Positions 1-8,713 of a DNA stretch of 55,253 nt are shown in pieces; position 1 is the first letter of the stretch, and the number at the start of each line of letters is the position of its first letter. The notes beneath the pieces are model-generated. The model was not told where the DNA came from and searched no databases. It worked only from the letters and a program-made list of their open reading frames with translations. Source of the stretch: Patescibacteria group bacterium (GTDB taxonomy: Bacteria > Patescibacteriota > Minisyncoccia > Phycocordibacterales > CAIRYW01); the NCBI GenBank assembly GCA_040389185.1, contig JAZKAJ010000017.1, positions 1 through 55,253 on the forward strand, read 5' to 3'. The translations under genes were made by a program, and so were the position numbers.

Positions 1-7
1 ATTGCTC

Positions 8-79
8 TGCACCCGGCAGGACTCGAACCTACAAAAACGGTTCCGAAGACCGTTGTGATATCCATTTCACCACGGGTGC
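8..79 (-). tRNA. tRNA-Arg(UCG), CCA not encoded
   Basis: Reverse strand folds as a cloverleaf: acceptor GCACCCG/CGGGTGC, D-stem GTGA/TCAC with A20, anticodon arm ACGGT-CTTCGGA-ACCGT, T-loop TTCGAGT, discriminator A. Confidence 0.95.
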
Positions 80-146
80 TTGTATAAACACCAATACACT
101 ATACCTTAAATTATGAAAAAGTAAAAATATAATGTAGAATTAAAGA

Positions 147-1631
147 ATGAAAAGCGACACTCTCATAATCCCAAAAGAGGTTTCACATGTAACAGAAACA
201 CTAGAAAACGCTGGTTTTGAAGCCTATTTGGTAGGAGGATGTGTTAGAGACATGCTCATAAACCGAAAGCCAAAAGACTGGGATGTGACTACCAATGCAA
301 CCCCGGAACAGATCGTTTCACTATTTCCAAACACTTTCTATGAGAACGACTACGGGACAGTAGGTGTTGTAAACGAAGAAGAGGGAATTGACCCGACACT
401 CAAGGTTGTAGAGATCACTCCGTACCGAATAGAAGGCAAGTATTCAAACAATAGACACCCAGATGAAGTAAAATGGAGCGACAACATCCTCGATGATCTT
501 GATAGAAGAGATTTTACTGTAAACGCTATAGCAATCCGGAGTAAAGACGGCAAGCATGCGATTGTAGATCCACACAACGGGCAACAAGATCTAAAGGACA
601 AACTCATAAAAACAGTAGGTAACCCTCACGAAAGATTTCAAGAAGATGGTCTCCGAATTCTCCGAGCTGTTCGAATCGCTACTGATTTAGATTTTATTAT
701 CGACCCTGCGACAGAAAAAGCGATAGTGGAGGAGGGACATTTGCTCAAAAACATTTCTGCAGAGCGAGTTCGAGACGAGTTTTCAAAGATTATATTGTCC
801 GATAGACCAGCGTTTGGGATACAACTCTGTGAAAAAACACAGATACTTCAATACTTTTTGCCAGAAATTCGAGATGGGATAGGGTGCGGACAGAACCAAG
901 CTCATGCATTTGATGTGTTTACACACCTTATGAAGACACTTGAACACTCTGCAAAGAAAAAATACACCTTCGAAGTACGACTTGCAGCTTTGTTTCACGA
1001 CATAGGGAAACCTGCGACAAAAAAACCTTCAACAAAGCGAGACGAGCCAACATTCTATGGACACGATGTAGTCGGAGCACGAATAACAGAGAAAATATTG
1101 AACAGACTTAAGTTTCCAAAGAAAACAATCGATATGGTTGTGAAACTCGTTCGTTGGCACATGTTCTTCTCTGATACGGAGACCATTACGCTTTCTGCGG
1201 TCCGTAGAATGATTCGAAATGTAGGTGAGGAAAATATATGGTACTTAATGGATGTGCGTACCTGTGACCGTATAGGGACAGGTAGACCTAAAGAAAGTCC
1301 ATATCGACTTCGTGTTTATCACTCAATGGTAGAAGAGGCAATGCGAAATCCAATTTCTGTTTCAACACTGAAGATTAATGGTGCTCGAGTTATTGAAATC
1401 ACCAAGATTCCTCCAGGACCCAAGATAGGGCAGATACTACTCATACTCCTTGAAGAAGCTCTAGATAATGCAGATATAAATACAGTTGAATATCTAGAGA
1501 AGAGAGCAGTGGAGCTTGCGGAGTTAGATGAAAAGGAATTGAAACTCTTTGGAGAGAAGGCAAAAGCCAAGAAAGAAGAGGTAGAGGGAAGTGAAATTGA
1601 AAAAATACGCAGTCGACACCACGTAAAATAA
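147..1631 (+). CDS. cca: CCA tRNA nucleotidyltransferase with HD domain
   Basis: Class II NTase motifs LVGGCVRD, DWDV, RRDFTVNA, EDGLRILRAVR; HD motif LFHDIGK. Confidence 0.9.
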   Translation: MKSDTLIIPKEVSHVTETLENAGFEAYLVGGCVRDMLINRKPKDWDVTTNATPEQIVSLFPNTFYENDYGTVGVVNEEEGIDPTLKVVEITPYRIEGKYSNNRHPDEVKWSDNILDDLDRRDFTVNAIAIRSKDGKHAIVDPHNGQQDLKDKLIKTVGNPHERFQEDGLRILRAVRIATDLDFIIDPATEKAIVEEGHLLKNISAERVRDEFSKIILSDRPAFGIQLCEKTQILQYFLPEIRDGIGCGQNQAHAFDVFTHLMKTLEHSAKKKYTFEVRLAALFHDIGKPATKKPSTKRDEPTFYGHDVVGARITEKILNRLKFPKKTIDMVVKLVRWHMFFSDTETITLSAVRRMIRNVGEENIWYLMDVRTCDRIGTGRPKESPYRLRVYHSMVEEAMRNPISVSTLKINGARVIEITKIPPGPKIGQILLILLEEALDNADINTVEYLEKRAVELAELDEKELKLFGEKAKAKKEEVEGSEIEKIRSRHHVK

Positions 1632-1662
1632 AAAATACCCTTACGCTGTAAGGGTATTTTTT
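1631..1662. terminator. Bidirectional intrinsic terminator
   Basis: AAAAATACCCTTAC-GCT-GTAAGGGTATTTTT directly after the cca stop. Confidence 0.85.
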
Positions 1663-1707
1663 ATTTTAATATGTAAAGATTTAAATATTTGGATATTTAA
1701 AAGAAAT

Positions 1708-2236
1708 GGAAAAGGCCGCATCTGCGGTCAAGGATCCTACAATTCTCGCGCCAAACATTAAAAATTCTGGCACTTTATAGTTCTTTTACCTGCAAAAACG
1801 GCCTTCTTGTATATCGATTCTTCTCTATATATGTTTAGAGACTGCAGTTTCTGGTTTCACGAGAAACATACGCATCGATACTAAGGAGTTATATAAATCA
1901 AAAGTCTGTGATTATGGACTTTAAGTAATTGTGAGACATCAAGTCTAAAGAATTTCCTTTTTATAATACTACGCAAAGCGTAGTTGAAAGAGATATAGTT
2001 GAGAAATCAATTTCTACTTATATCAATCCAATTCTTCATCCTTAATCTAACTTTGATCTACTTTGGCTCAAAGAACTTCCTCGCATTTCTAGAGATGTTT
2101 AAATTTTCAGCCGATTGATTTGTCCTATTCACAACTCAAATCGAATAAACCTTAAACCACTCTTTATTCCTTGATTCATAATATGCTGACTTCAAAAGTC
2201 CGAGACATTGAATCAATAGAATATATTTTTGCGACT
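1708..2236 (-). ncRNA. Candidate ~530-nt structured non-coding RNA, family unknown
   Basis: Minus-strand TTTACA-16-TATAAT promoter (2270..2243), many nested stems, no ORF >=60 aa, ends in hairpin GACCGCA-GA-TGCGGCC plus U-tract near 1710-1730. Confidence 0.4.
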
Positions 2237-2289
2237 AAGATAATTATATATTTATTAAAGGACATGTAAAGGACATACCTGTTGATAAC

Positions 2290-2331
2290 TTAAAATCTCC
2301 GTGTCCTTTATAAAGGACACGGAGATTTTAA
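2290..2331. repeat. 42-bp perfect loop-less palindrome
   Basis: TTAAAATCTCCGTGTCCTTTA|TAAAGGACACGGAGATTTTAA, just downstream of the xth stop. Confidence 0.95.
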
Positions 2332-2345
2332 TGCGTATTTTCAAG

Positions 2346-3143
2346 TTAAAAATCTAATTCGAGTGTGACAGGACAATGATCAGAGCCCATCACTTCATTT
2401 AAAATTTCTGCTTTTTTTATTTTCTTTTCTAGTTTTTTTGATGCGAAAAAATAATCTATTCTCCATCCAACATTTCGAGCTCTCGCTCCGCCCCATGCTG
2501 TCCACCATGTATAGTTGTTTCCTTCTTTATTGAACAATCTAAAAGTATCTACAAATCCTGCATCTACAACGTTATCCACACCCTCGCGTTCTTCAGTTGT
2601 GAACCCGTGCTCTCCTTCGTTTTCCTTCGGTCGAGCGAGGTCTATTGCAGTGTGTGCCACATTCAAATCCCCACAGAAAATAACGGGTTTCTTGGTTTCC
2701 AACGTTTTACAGTATTCAAGAAACGCCGGATCCCATTGTTTGTGACGAAGTTCGAGACGGCTTAGATCATCTTTTGAGTTTGGAGTATACACATTGACCA
2801 CAAAACATTCGTCGAATTCCACTGCAATAACACGCCCTTCTGCATTCGGGTCTCCATACGAATCAGTATTGAGAGCGTATTTATCACAAATATCCTTTGG
2901 AAATCCAAGAATAACCGAAAGGGGTTTGACCTTTGTAAATATTGCGACTCCGCTGTAGCCTTTTTTTGTAGCTGAATTCCAATATTCTTCATATTCAGGA
3001 AGGTCGATTTCTGCTTGCCCTTGTTGTGCCTTGGTTTCTTGAAGACAGACAACATCCGGCTTGTATTTATTTACAAATGGGAGAAAAAGCCCTTTGTTAT
3101 TAACTGCACGAATACCATTTACGTTCCAAGAAATGAGTTTCAT
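2346..3143 (-). CDS. xth: Exodeoxyribonuclease III (AP endonuclease)
   Basis: MKLISWNVNGIRA, CLQETK, GDLNVAH, WRIDYF, GSDHCP motifs. Confidence 0.95.
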   Translation of the reverse strand: MKLISWNVNGIRAVNNKGLFLPFVNKYKPDVVCLQETKAQQGQAEIDLPEYEEYWNSATKKGYSGVAIFTKVKPLSVILGFPKDICDKYALNTDSYGDPNAEGRVIAVEFDECFVVNVYTPNSKDDLSRLELRHKQWDPAFLEYCKTLETKKPVIFCGDLNVAHTAIDLARPKENEGEHGFTTEEREGVDNVVDAGFVDTFRLFNKEGNNYTWWTAWGGARARNVGWRIDYFFASKKLEKKIKKAEILNEVMGSDHCPVTLELDF

Positions 3144-3314
3144 ATCCTTAATTGTATAAAGTATTGAAATAAAGTAAAACCTTGTGACTATTTAAATATT
3201 CTACAATATAACTTTATCCACTTGTCAAAATCAGAAAGGGGAGTAGTATGTACAATTAGTTCCGCTCATCAAATAACCAACAACATAGGGCGGCAACCTC
3301 AACGAACCTGAATT

Positions 3315-3719
3315 ATGAAACGAAATCAGCATCTCCCAGCCGACATGAAAGTGAGAACCGAACCATTGCTCCACGTGGTTCCAAAGACCGCAAAAGGATT
3401 GGTCGATTATCAAATCCTCCTGGCATCAAGTGGCAAGAATCGTCGCAATCGCGAACACCTCTTCACCGACACAACCGGAGGAGTGCTCGCCTTGTGCAAC
3501 GACCCCGCCTACAACAAAATGGCAGAGAAGGAAAGCAAAGCTGACCCCAAGAAGGTCATCGGGGCGCCCGAAATTCTGTTGAAGCTTGAGCACCGCGGTG
3601 ATAATCGCTTCATGCTCACCATCGCCGAAAGCGAACTGCTTCCCCCGGGCGAGGTCAGCTCACAGCTGCACGAACTTGAAAAACAAGATGCGCAGCTGCC
3701 ACGAAAGGAGGCCGCCTAG
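3315..3719 (+). CDS. Orphan hypothetical protein, 134 aa
   Basis: Open frame visibly more GC-rich than its neighbours, followed by hairpin CATCCAGC...GCTGGGTG plus T-run; no recognisable family. Confidence 0.6.
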   Translation: MKRNQHLPADMKVRTEPLLHVVPKTAKGLVDYQILLASSGKNRRNREHLFTDTTGGVLALCNDPAYNKMAEKESKADPKKVIGAPEILLKLEHRGDNRFMLTIAESELLPPGEVSSQLHELEKQDAQLPRKEAA

Positions 3720-3812
3720 TTTTGTGCAAATCCGCATCCAGCAGACTTAACATCTCGCTGGGTGTTTTTTATTTCAAAAAAACCATTCGCACTCTTTAAA
3801 TGCAACGTTTTT

Positions 3813-4736
3813 TTAATTCCCGCCCTTTGAATGAAACTTTTTGTGTATATCTCGAAGCTGAGAATCAGTGACGTGGGTGTAAATTTGAGTTGTTGCAATG
3901 TTTGCATGCCCTAAAAGCATCTGGACGGAACGGAGATCAGCACCGTTTCGAAGTAGATCTGTTGCAAAACAGTGTCGTATCACGTGAGGAGTAACTTTCT
4001 TAGATACTCCAGCTTTGATTGCATAGTGCTTAATAATCCTTTGAATCGAACGACTAGTGAGCGAAGCATCTTCTTTTTTGGCTCGTTCAAGACCAACTTT
4101 CACGAAAAGAGCATTATCCATATCTTTTCGGAGACTCAAATAGGTCTTAAGTATCGCTTTGGCTTCATCTGAGATGAATACTACTCGCACTTTACCTCCT
4201 TTTCCTCGAATAGAGAGTTCGTCTTGACGAAGATCAATATCTCGATCGAGTGCACAAAGCTCTGAAACTCGAAGTCCAGTAGAAAACAGAAGTTCCAAAA
4301 TAGCCTTGCCACGGGCTCTTTTTTCAAGATTTTCCTCATTATTTGGTGCTTCAAATATTCTCTTTAGTTCATCGGCAGAAATAAGATCGAGAGATCTTTC
4401 ACCAGTCTTTGCAAGCTCAATATAATCTGCAGGAAGGGTAGTAATACCTCTTTTGGCTATGAATTTGAGAAATGCTCGGAGAGCAATGAGATAATAGTTC
4501 TGAGTCTTCTTTTTCAAGGTCTCATTTGTTCTTCTATTATTTCCTGTAACCTGACGATTGAGCCACAGACGATACTCTCTCATTATTTCTGGAGTAATGT
4601 CTTTTGGATCGGTCTTTTTGAAGAATTCCAAAAAGCGGGTGAGATAGTGATCGTAATTCTCAACAGTCTTGAGACTGCGACCCTTTTCGATTTCAATGTG
4701 TTCAAGAAATTGTCTTTTAAGAGTGAGGAGGTCCAT
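3813..4736 (-). CDS. XerC/XerD-family tyrosine recombinase
   Basis: Catalytic set STGLRVSEL, RGKGGK, PHVIRHCFAT, LGH, TQIYTH; start moved to MDLLTLK (4736) because a TATAAT lies 7 nt upstream and the extension overlaps the opposite ORF. Confidence 0.92.
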   Translation of the reverse strand: MDLLTLKRQFLEHIEIEKGRSLKTVENYDHYLTRFLEFFKKTDPKDITPEIMREYRLWLNRQVTGNNRRTNETLKKKTQNYYLIALRAFLKFIAKRGITTLPADYIELAKTGERSLDLISADELKRIFEAPNNEENLEKRARGKAILELLFSTGLRVSELCALDRDIDLRQDELSIRGKGGKVRVVFISDEAKAILKTYLSLRKDMDNALFVKVGLERAKKEDASLTSRSIQRIIKHYAIKAGVSKKVTPHVIRHCFATDLLRNGADLRSVQMLLGHANIATTQIYTHVTDSQLRDIHKKFHSKGGN

Positions 4737-4842
4737 GGAATAAATTATATCAAAGATTTTAAAATAATGTCGCACAATATTTTGCTTTGATAAAAAATAT
4801 AAGAGGTATATAATTTGAGTATTAAAATAATCTGAAACATGT

Positions 4843-6888
4843 ATGCTTAATTGGCCACCAGATGACGAAACAAAAAAACTACCGAAAGCTGAGGATGGTG
4901 GGTTTGAAAATCCTAAAGATGGTTTAGGAAATACCAAAGAAGAGCAAGAGGTAATCGCTCAAAAAGCTGAGATTGATAGAGAATACAGAGAAATTGCAGA
5001 TCCAAATCTACCGGCCGCATCAGGTAGCGATCCTTTTTTTGAAAGACCTGAAATCAAACCATTAAAGAAAGAAACTTTGAGTGAGAAAATTGATGCCGCA
5101 AAACAAAAGGTTGAGGATGCAGCCAGAAGACTAAAAGTGTTGGCCTGGTTATCAAAGAAAAAAATAGAAGAAAAGGTAGAAGGTAGAAACCTATTTAAAA
5201 CAATGGAAGTATACGATGACGCAGAAATTGCACTCAGAAAGAAAACAAGAGAAATTGCCGAAAAATTAAATACTGATAAGAGTAGATATCACGAAGAAGA
5301 TCAATATGATGAACCAATCAAATCTGAACCAGAAACAGATGAACCTGAAATTTCTCCAGAGACTGCAACTACTTCTAAACCAGAAAAAGGCCTATTAGCG
5401 AAAATGGGGGGCAAAATTTCAACTGCCAAAGAACTGACTGGATTGCTCGCATCTGAGGGTGGAAAACCTGAGAACTTGGAAATTGAAACCGCAGAAATAC
5501 CCGACAATTTTTCTATTGATAATGGTGAATTAAAATTAGATGAGGAGCCCTCTATACCCACTACTGCACCCCATCCGGATACAACCCATGTTCATTCTGC
5601 GGGACCAGAACATCACCCCCATGCAGATGATCACGGTCATGCGTACGAACACCATAGACACGAAGCACATCTCGGGCACGACACTCATCACCTAGAGCAT
5701 GAACTTGAAGAATTAAAAAAACAACTCAAAGAACATCTTGAGTCTTTAACTTCATTCTTTTCAGGACTTAGCAAGAAAGATAAAGCAACAATTCTAAAGA
5801 TATTTGAAAAATTGTCACCTCATGGTGAAGAATTGTCTCCAGAAGAACTGCTTGTTTTCCTTGATGAATTAGACAAAGAAATGACAAGGCCAGGGAAATT
5901 AAATCCCGATGATGGACATTTGTATCATCCAGAAGAACTACCTGTTTCTCTTGATGAATTAGATAAAAACATGACAAGATCAGGAAGGTTAAATCTGAAT
6001 GCTGAAGATAGTCTAAAACTTTCAGATCTTGCGTGGAAAATAAAGCAGACCGCTCATTTGTTAATTCAAAAATATATTACAGTAGAAGCAACTTTTGAAG
6101 ATGATCCAGAAAATCTAGCAAAAATTAATAATATTGATAATGAGAGAAAGGAATCGAAAGAAAAGACGAAGATAAGTCTAGATGAATTGAAAGCTCAACT
6201 AGAAGACCCGAGTATTCCAAATAAAGAAGTATTCAGTAATGCTGTACTTAAGAAAATGTACACACATATACTAAATGATGCTGAGCAAAATGAAGAAAGT
6301 GTGAAGAAAGAAATTGAGGAGTACAAAAGGATAGTAGAAGAGAAAAGACAAAAACTATTAGAAGAAGGCGGGGTCTTGAAAGCAGCCAAGGAAGCCGCCG
6401 AAAATGCAATAAGAGAAAACATTGATCCCGCAGAAATCATCAGAACTTCGAAAGAATACAAAGAAACCAAAAAGAAGTTTGAGCGATCGACACTTCTCTT
6501 TGGCGCAGTTGAAATGCAATTAAAGGAAAAAGAAGATGCGCTTGGAACTATTGAAGGCTTGGTCAAACAAATTAGAGATAAAAAAGATGATATCGCCGCT
6601 TCAAATGTCTTGGCTGATACAGAAAAAATGATGAAGGAAGTAACCGAAGCTTCAGATAAAATTGAAAATGCAATAAAGCCAAGAGCTTCAACAAAACATG
6701 AACATGGGCATGAGCACCCTAAACCAAAGTGGGGATATACAATAGCGGGAGCGACTTTTTTCTTAGGACTTTTTAATATCTTTGTGGGCAAACTCTATGA
6801 TTCTCTTCGAGAGACATCAGCAGGAGGTGGACACGGAGGAGGTCATGGAGGTGGGCACAGTAAGAAGAAATCGAAAGATTCTCACTAA
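4843..6888 (+). CDS. Acidic coiled-coil protein with His-rich segments and a C-terminal TM helix
   Basis: 681-aa ORF; His-rich block HVHSAGPEHHPHADDHGHAYEHHRHEAHLGHDTHHLEH, duplicated 30-aa unit PEEL..LDELDK.MTR.G.LN, hydrophobic segment near the C-terminus, GGGH repeats. Confidence 0.75.
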   Translation: MLNWPPDDETKKLPKAEDGGFENPKDGLGNTKEEQEVIAQKAEIDREYREIADPNLPAASGSDPFFERPEIKPLKKETLSEKIDAAKQKVEDAARRLKVLAWLSKKKIEEKVEGRNLFKTMEVYDDAEIALRKKTREIAEKLNTDKSRYHEEDQYDEPIKSEPETDEPEISPETATTSKPEKGLLAKMGGKISTAKELTGLLASEGGKPENLEIETAEIPDNFSIDNGELKLDEEPSIPTTAPHPDTTHVHSAGPEHHPHADDHGHAYEHHRHEAHLGHDTHHLEHELEELKKQLKEHLESLTSFFSGLSKKDKATILKIFEKLSPHGEELSPEELLVFLDELDKEMTRPGKLNPDDGHLYHPEELPVSLDELDKNMTRSGRLNLNAEDSLKLSDLAWKIKQTAHLLIQKYITVEATFEDDPENLAKINNIDNERKESKEKTKISLDELKAQLEDPSIPNKEVFSNAVLKKMYTHILNDAEQNEESVKKEIEEYKRIVEEKRQKLLEEGGVLKAAKEAAENAIRENIDPAEIIRTSKEYKETKKKFERSTLLFGAVEMQLKEKEDALGTIEGLVKQIRDKKDDIAASNVLADTEKMMKEVTEASDKIENAIKPRASTKHEHGHEHPKPKWGYTIAGATFFLGLFNIFVGKLYDSLRETSAGGGHGGGHGGGHSKKKSKDSH

Positions 6889-6925
6889 AAAACCTACTTC
6901 TGGTCTATAGATAAGAGTAAGATTT

Positions 6926-6952
6926 AGGCACCGCAGCTACGCTGCGGTGCCT
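6926..6952. terminator. GC-rich palindromic terminator (GCACCG family)
   Basis: AGGCACCGCAGC-TAC-GCTGCGGTGCCT followed by T-run. Confidence 0.85.
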
Positions 6953-7026
6953 TTTTCGTATATTTTCATTCAGTCCGAACCGCTTTCCCGCTTGCTTTCA
7001 GAGGCCTTTTATGGTAAGATACCACC

Positions 7027-7299
7027 ATGATAACAAAGACAAAGAAAACTAAAGTAATCAAAGAACTCCAAGTTCACGACAAAGACACTGGATCTCCAGA
7101 GGTACAGATTGGTATCTTGTCTAAGAGAATTGACGAACTTGCAGAACATCTTAAGACTCACAAGAAGGACAATCACTCACGAAAAGGACTTCTTCAGCTC
7201 GTAGCAGACAGACAATCTCATATGAAATACCTTATGAAGAAAGATGCTAAGAGATACGCCACAGTAGTCAAAAAACTAGAACTCAAAAAGAAGGCGTAG
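7027..7299 (+). CDS. rpsO: 30S ribosomal protein S15
   Basis: DTGSPEVQI, HKKDNHSRKGLL motifs, 90 aa. Confidence 0.97.
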   Translation: MITKTKKTKVIKELQVHDKDTGSPEVQIGILSKRIDELAEHLKTHKKDNHSRKGLLQLVADRQSHMKYLMKKDAKRYATVVKKLELKKKA

Positions 7300-7411
7300 G
7301 CCTTCTTTTTGTTTTAATGGGCTTGAGGTATACTTTTTATAAGGTTTTTATTTTAATAATCGGGAGTAGAGCAACCGTTTTACTACCTAACCAGCCCAAG
7401 GGCTTTTTTAT

Positions 7412-8011
7412 ATGACAGTAATTAAACACAAAGAACAGAGAGTAGGGGTTTTTATAGATACTCAGAATCTTTATCACACAGCCAAAAACCTATACCACGC
7501 AAGGGTTAATTTTGGTGCAGTGCTCAAAGACGCTGTTGCGGGGCGAAACCTCATTCGAGCTATCGCATATGTGATCACAACAGAAGCGGGGGATGAGCGA
7601 GCTTTTTTCGAAGCACTCACAAAGATGGGGATCGAATCAAAGACAAAGGATCTTCAGATCTTTGCAGGAGGGAGCAAGAAAGCTGACTGGGATGTGGGAC
7701 TTGCAGTAGATGCAATCAAAATCGCACCGAAGCTTGATGCAGTAATCATCGTATCTGGAGACGGGGACTTTATTCCACTTGTAGAATACCTACGGACAAA
7801 CATGGGTTGTCAGGTAGAAGCAGCATCATTCGGCAAATCAACTTCGAGCAAGCTCAAGGAAGCGGTAGATGATTTCATCGATCTTGATGACAATCCTCGA
7901 AAGTATCTCTTGGGACAAGCGGGAGGAGGGCAGAGAAACGCACGAGGACCAAAGGCGCAAGATAATAGTGATCTCGCAGAAATGCTGAAGGAAGCGGGGG
8001 AAGAATTGTAA
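7412..8011 (+). CDS. NYN domain (LabA/DUF88, PIN-like fold) protein
   Basis: VFIDTQNL, KADWDVGLAVD, VSGDGDFIPLV, FIDL motifs. Confidence 0.88.
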   Translation: MTVIKHKEQRVGVFIDTQNLYHTAKNLYHARVNFGAVLKDAVAGRNLIRAIAYVITTEAGDERAFFEALTKMGIESKTKDLQIFAGGSKKADWDVGLAVDAIKIAPKLDAVIIVSGDGDFIPLVEYLRTNMGCQVEAASFGKSTSSKLKEAVDDFIDLDDNPRKYLLGQAGGGQRNARGPKAQDNSDLAEMLKEAGEEL

Positions 8012-8049
8012 AACAGTTGATAGTTTATAGTCATTAGTTTATAGGAAAG

Positions 8050-8084
8050 AAATCAGCACCGAGGCTGCGCCTCGGTGCTGATTT
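8050..8084. terminator. GC-rich palindromic terminator (GCACCG family)
   Basis: AAATCAGCACCGAGGC-TGC-GCCTCGGTGCTGATTT between convergent genes. Confidence 0.85.
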
Positions 8085-8106
8085 GATATTAAAAAGACCC
8101 TATCCG

Positions 8107-8421
8107 TTAGGATGGGTCTGAAGCAGTGACAGTAAACTGAATTTCATCACGTGTGATTTTGCCAGCTTTTGCCAGATAAGCTCCAGCAATCGAAGCTAAA
8201 ATCGTAGCCATTTGGGTAGCTTGGGCGTGAAAATCCTTCATCGTGCCATCGAAAGGAAACTCAAAAGGATCCACAGGGCCCGTAAAGCTGAGTTCTTTGG
8301 TTCCCCTTCGGACATAAAAGCCGTAGCTCTTTGGCTTCTTTTTTGGTGTCCTGCAAGTCTGAAACCTAATTATGTCTCCCGGCATGAGACCTGTTACATG
8401 TGCAGTATGAATGTAGAACAT
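8107..8421 (-). CDS. Orphan hypothetical protein, 104 aa
   Basis: ORF with its own TTGACA-16-TATTAT promoter upstream on the minus strand; no family recognised. Confidence 0.6.
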   Translation of the reverse strand: MFYIHTAHVTGLMPGDIIRFQTCRTPKKKPKSYGFYVRRGTKELSFTGPVDPFEFPFDGTMKDFHAQATQMATILASIAGAYLAKAGKITRDEIQFTVTASDPS

Positions 8422-8589
8422 ATTTTTTCTCCCATCCTCATAATACCCACTTATTAAACTTTGTCAAAAATCGTTTTTTGTGCTTTAATGGTGATATATT
8501 AAAAATAGTAGTTTTCACATATAGACCTAAAGCTTTGTCGAAATTGCTTTATGCCTAACTTGTGAAAATTACTTGGGGTTGGAATTGCT

Positions 8590-8677
8590 TCCCCTCTTTG
8601 GACAAAGAGGGGACTGAGGGGTGTTTGAAATCATAAACTCAAACCCCTCCCAACCTCCCCTTTATCCAAAGGGGAGG
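8590..8677. repeat. Inverted pair of CCCC/GGGG-rich small repeat elements in the pnp leader
   Basis: 8637-8677 ACTCAAACCCCTCCCAACCTCCCCTTTATCCAAAGGGGAGG and a related inverted copy at 8590-8628; a third copy at 15996-16036. Confidence 0.75.
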
Positions 8678-8713
8678 AGAAATGCAAAACCAAACTCTTA
8701 ACAAGAGAATTTA

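Noticed and set aside
1830-2005. Group I intron R/S-like words on the plus strand (TTTAGAGACTGCA, GAGATATAGTT)
   Set aside because: P7 would lack the G-C guanosine-binding pair, no P3/P4/P6 could be built, there is no host exon, and promoter/terminator evidence points to the other strand.
2055-2085. RNase P RNA-like GAGGAAGTTC word on the minus strand
   Set aside because: The other conserved regions (AGUGNAACAG, ACAGAA..GGCUUA) were not found; a cmscan would settle it.
3720-3990. GC-richer stretch that looked like a structured RNA
   Set aside because: Positions from 3813 onward are the C-terminal coding region of the Xer recombinase; the rest is a terminator.
4737-4937. N-terminal extensions given by the ORF track for xer (4937), 13261, rsmA (23944) and rnpA (43249)
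   Set aside because: They overlap neighbouring genes or repeats and lack homology-like sequence; downstream ATGs fit the family N-termini and, for xer and 13300, a -10 element 6-7 nt upstream.
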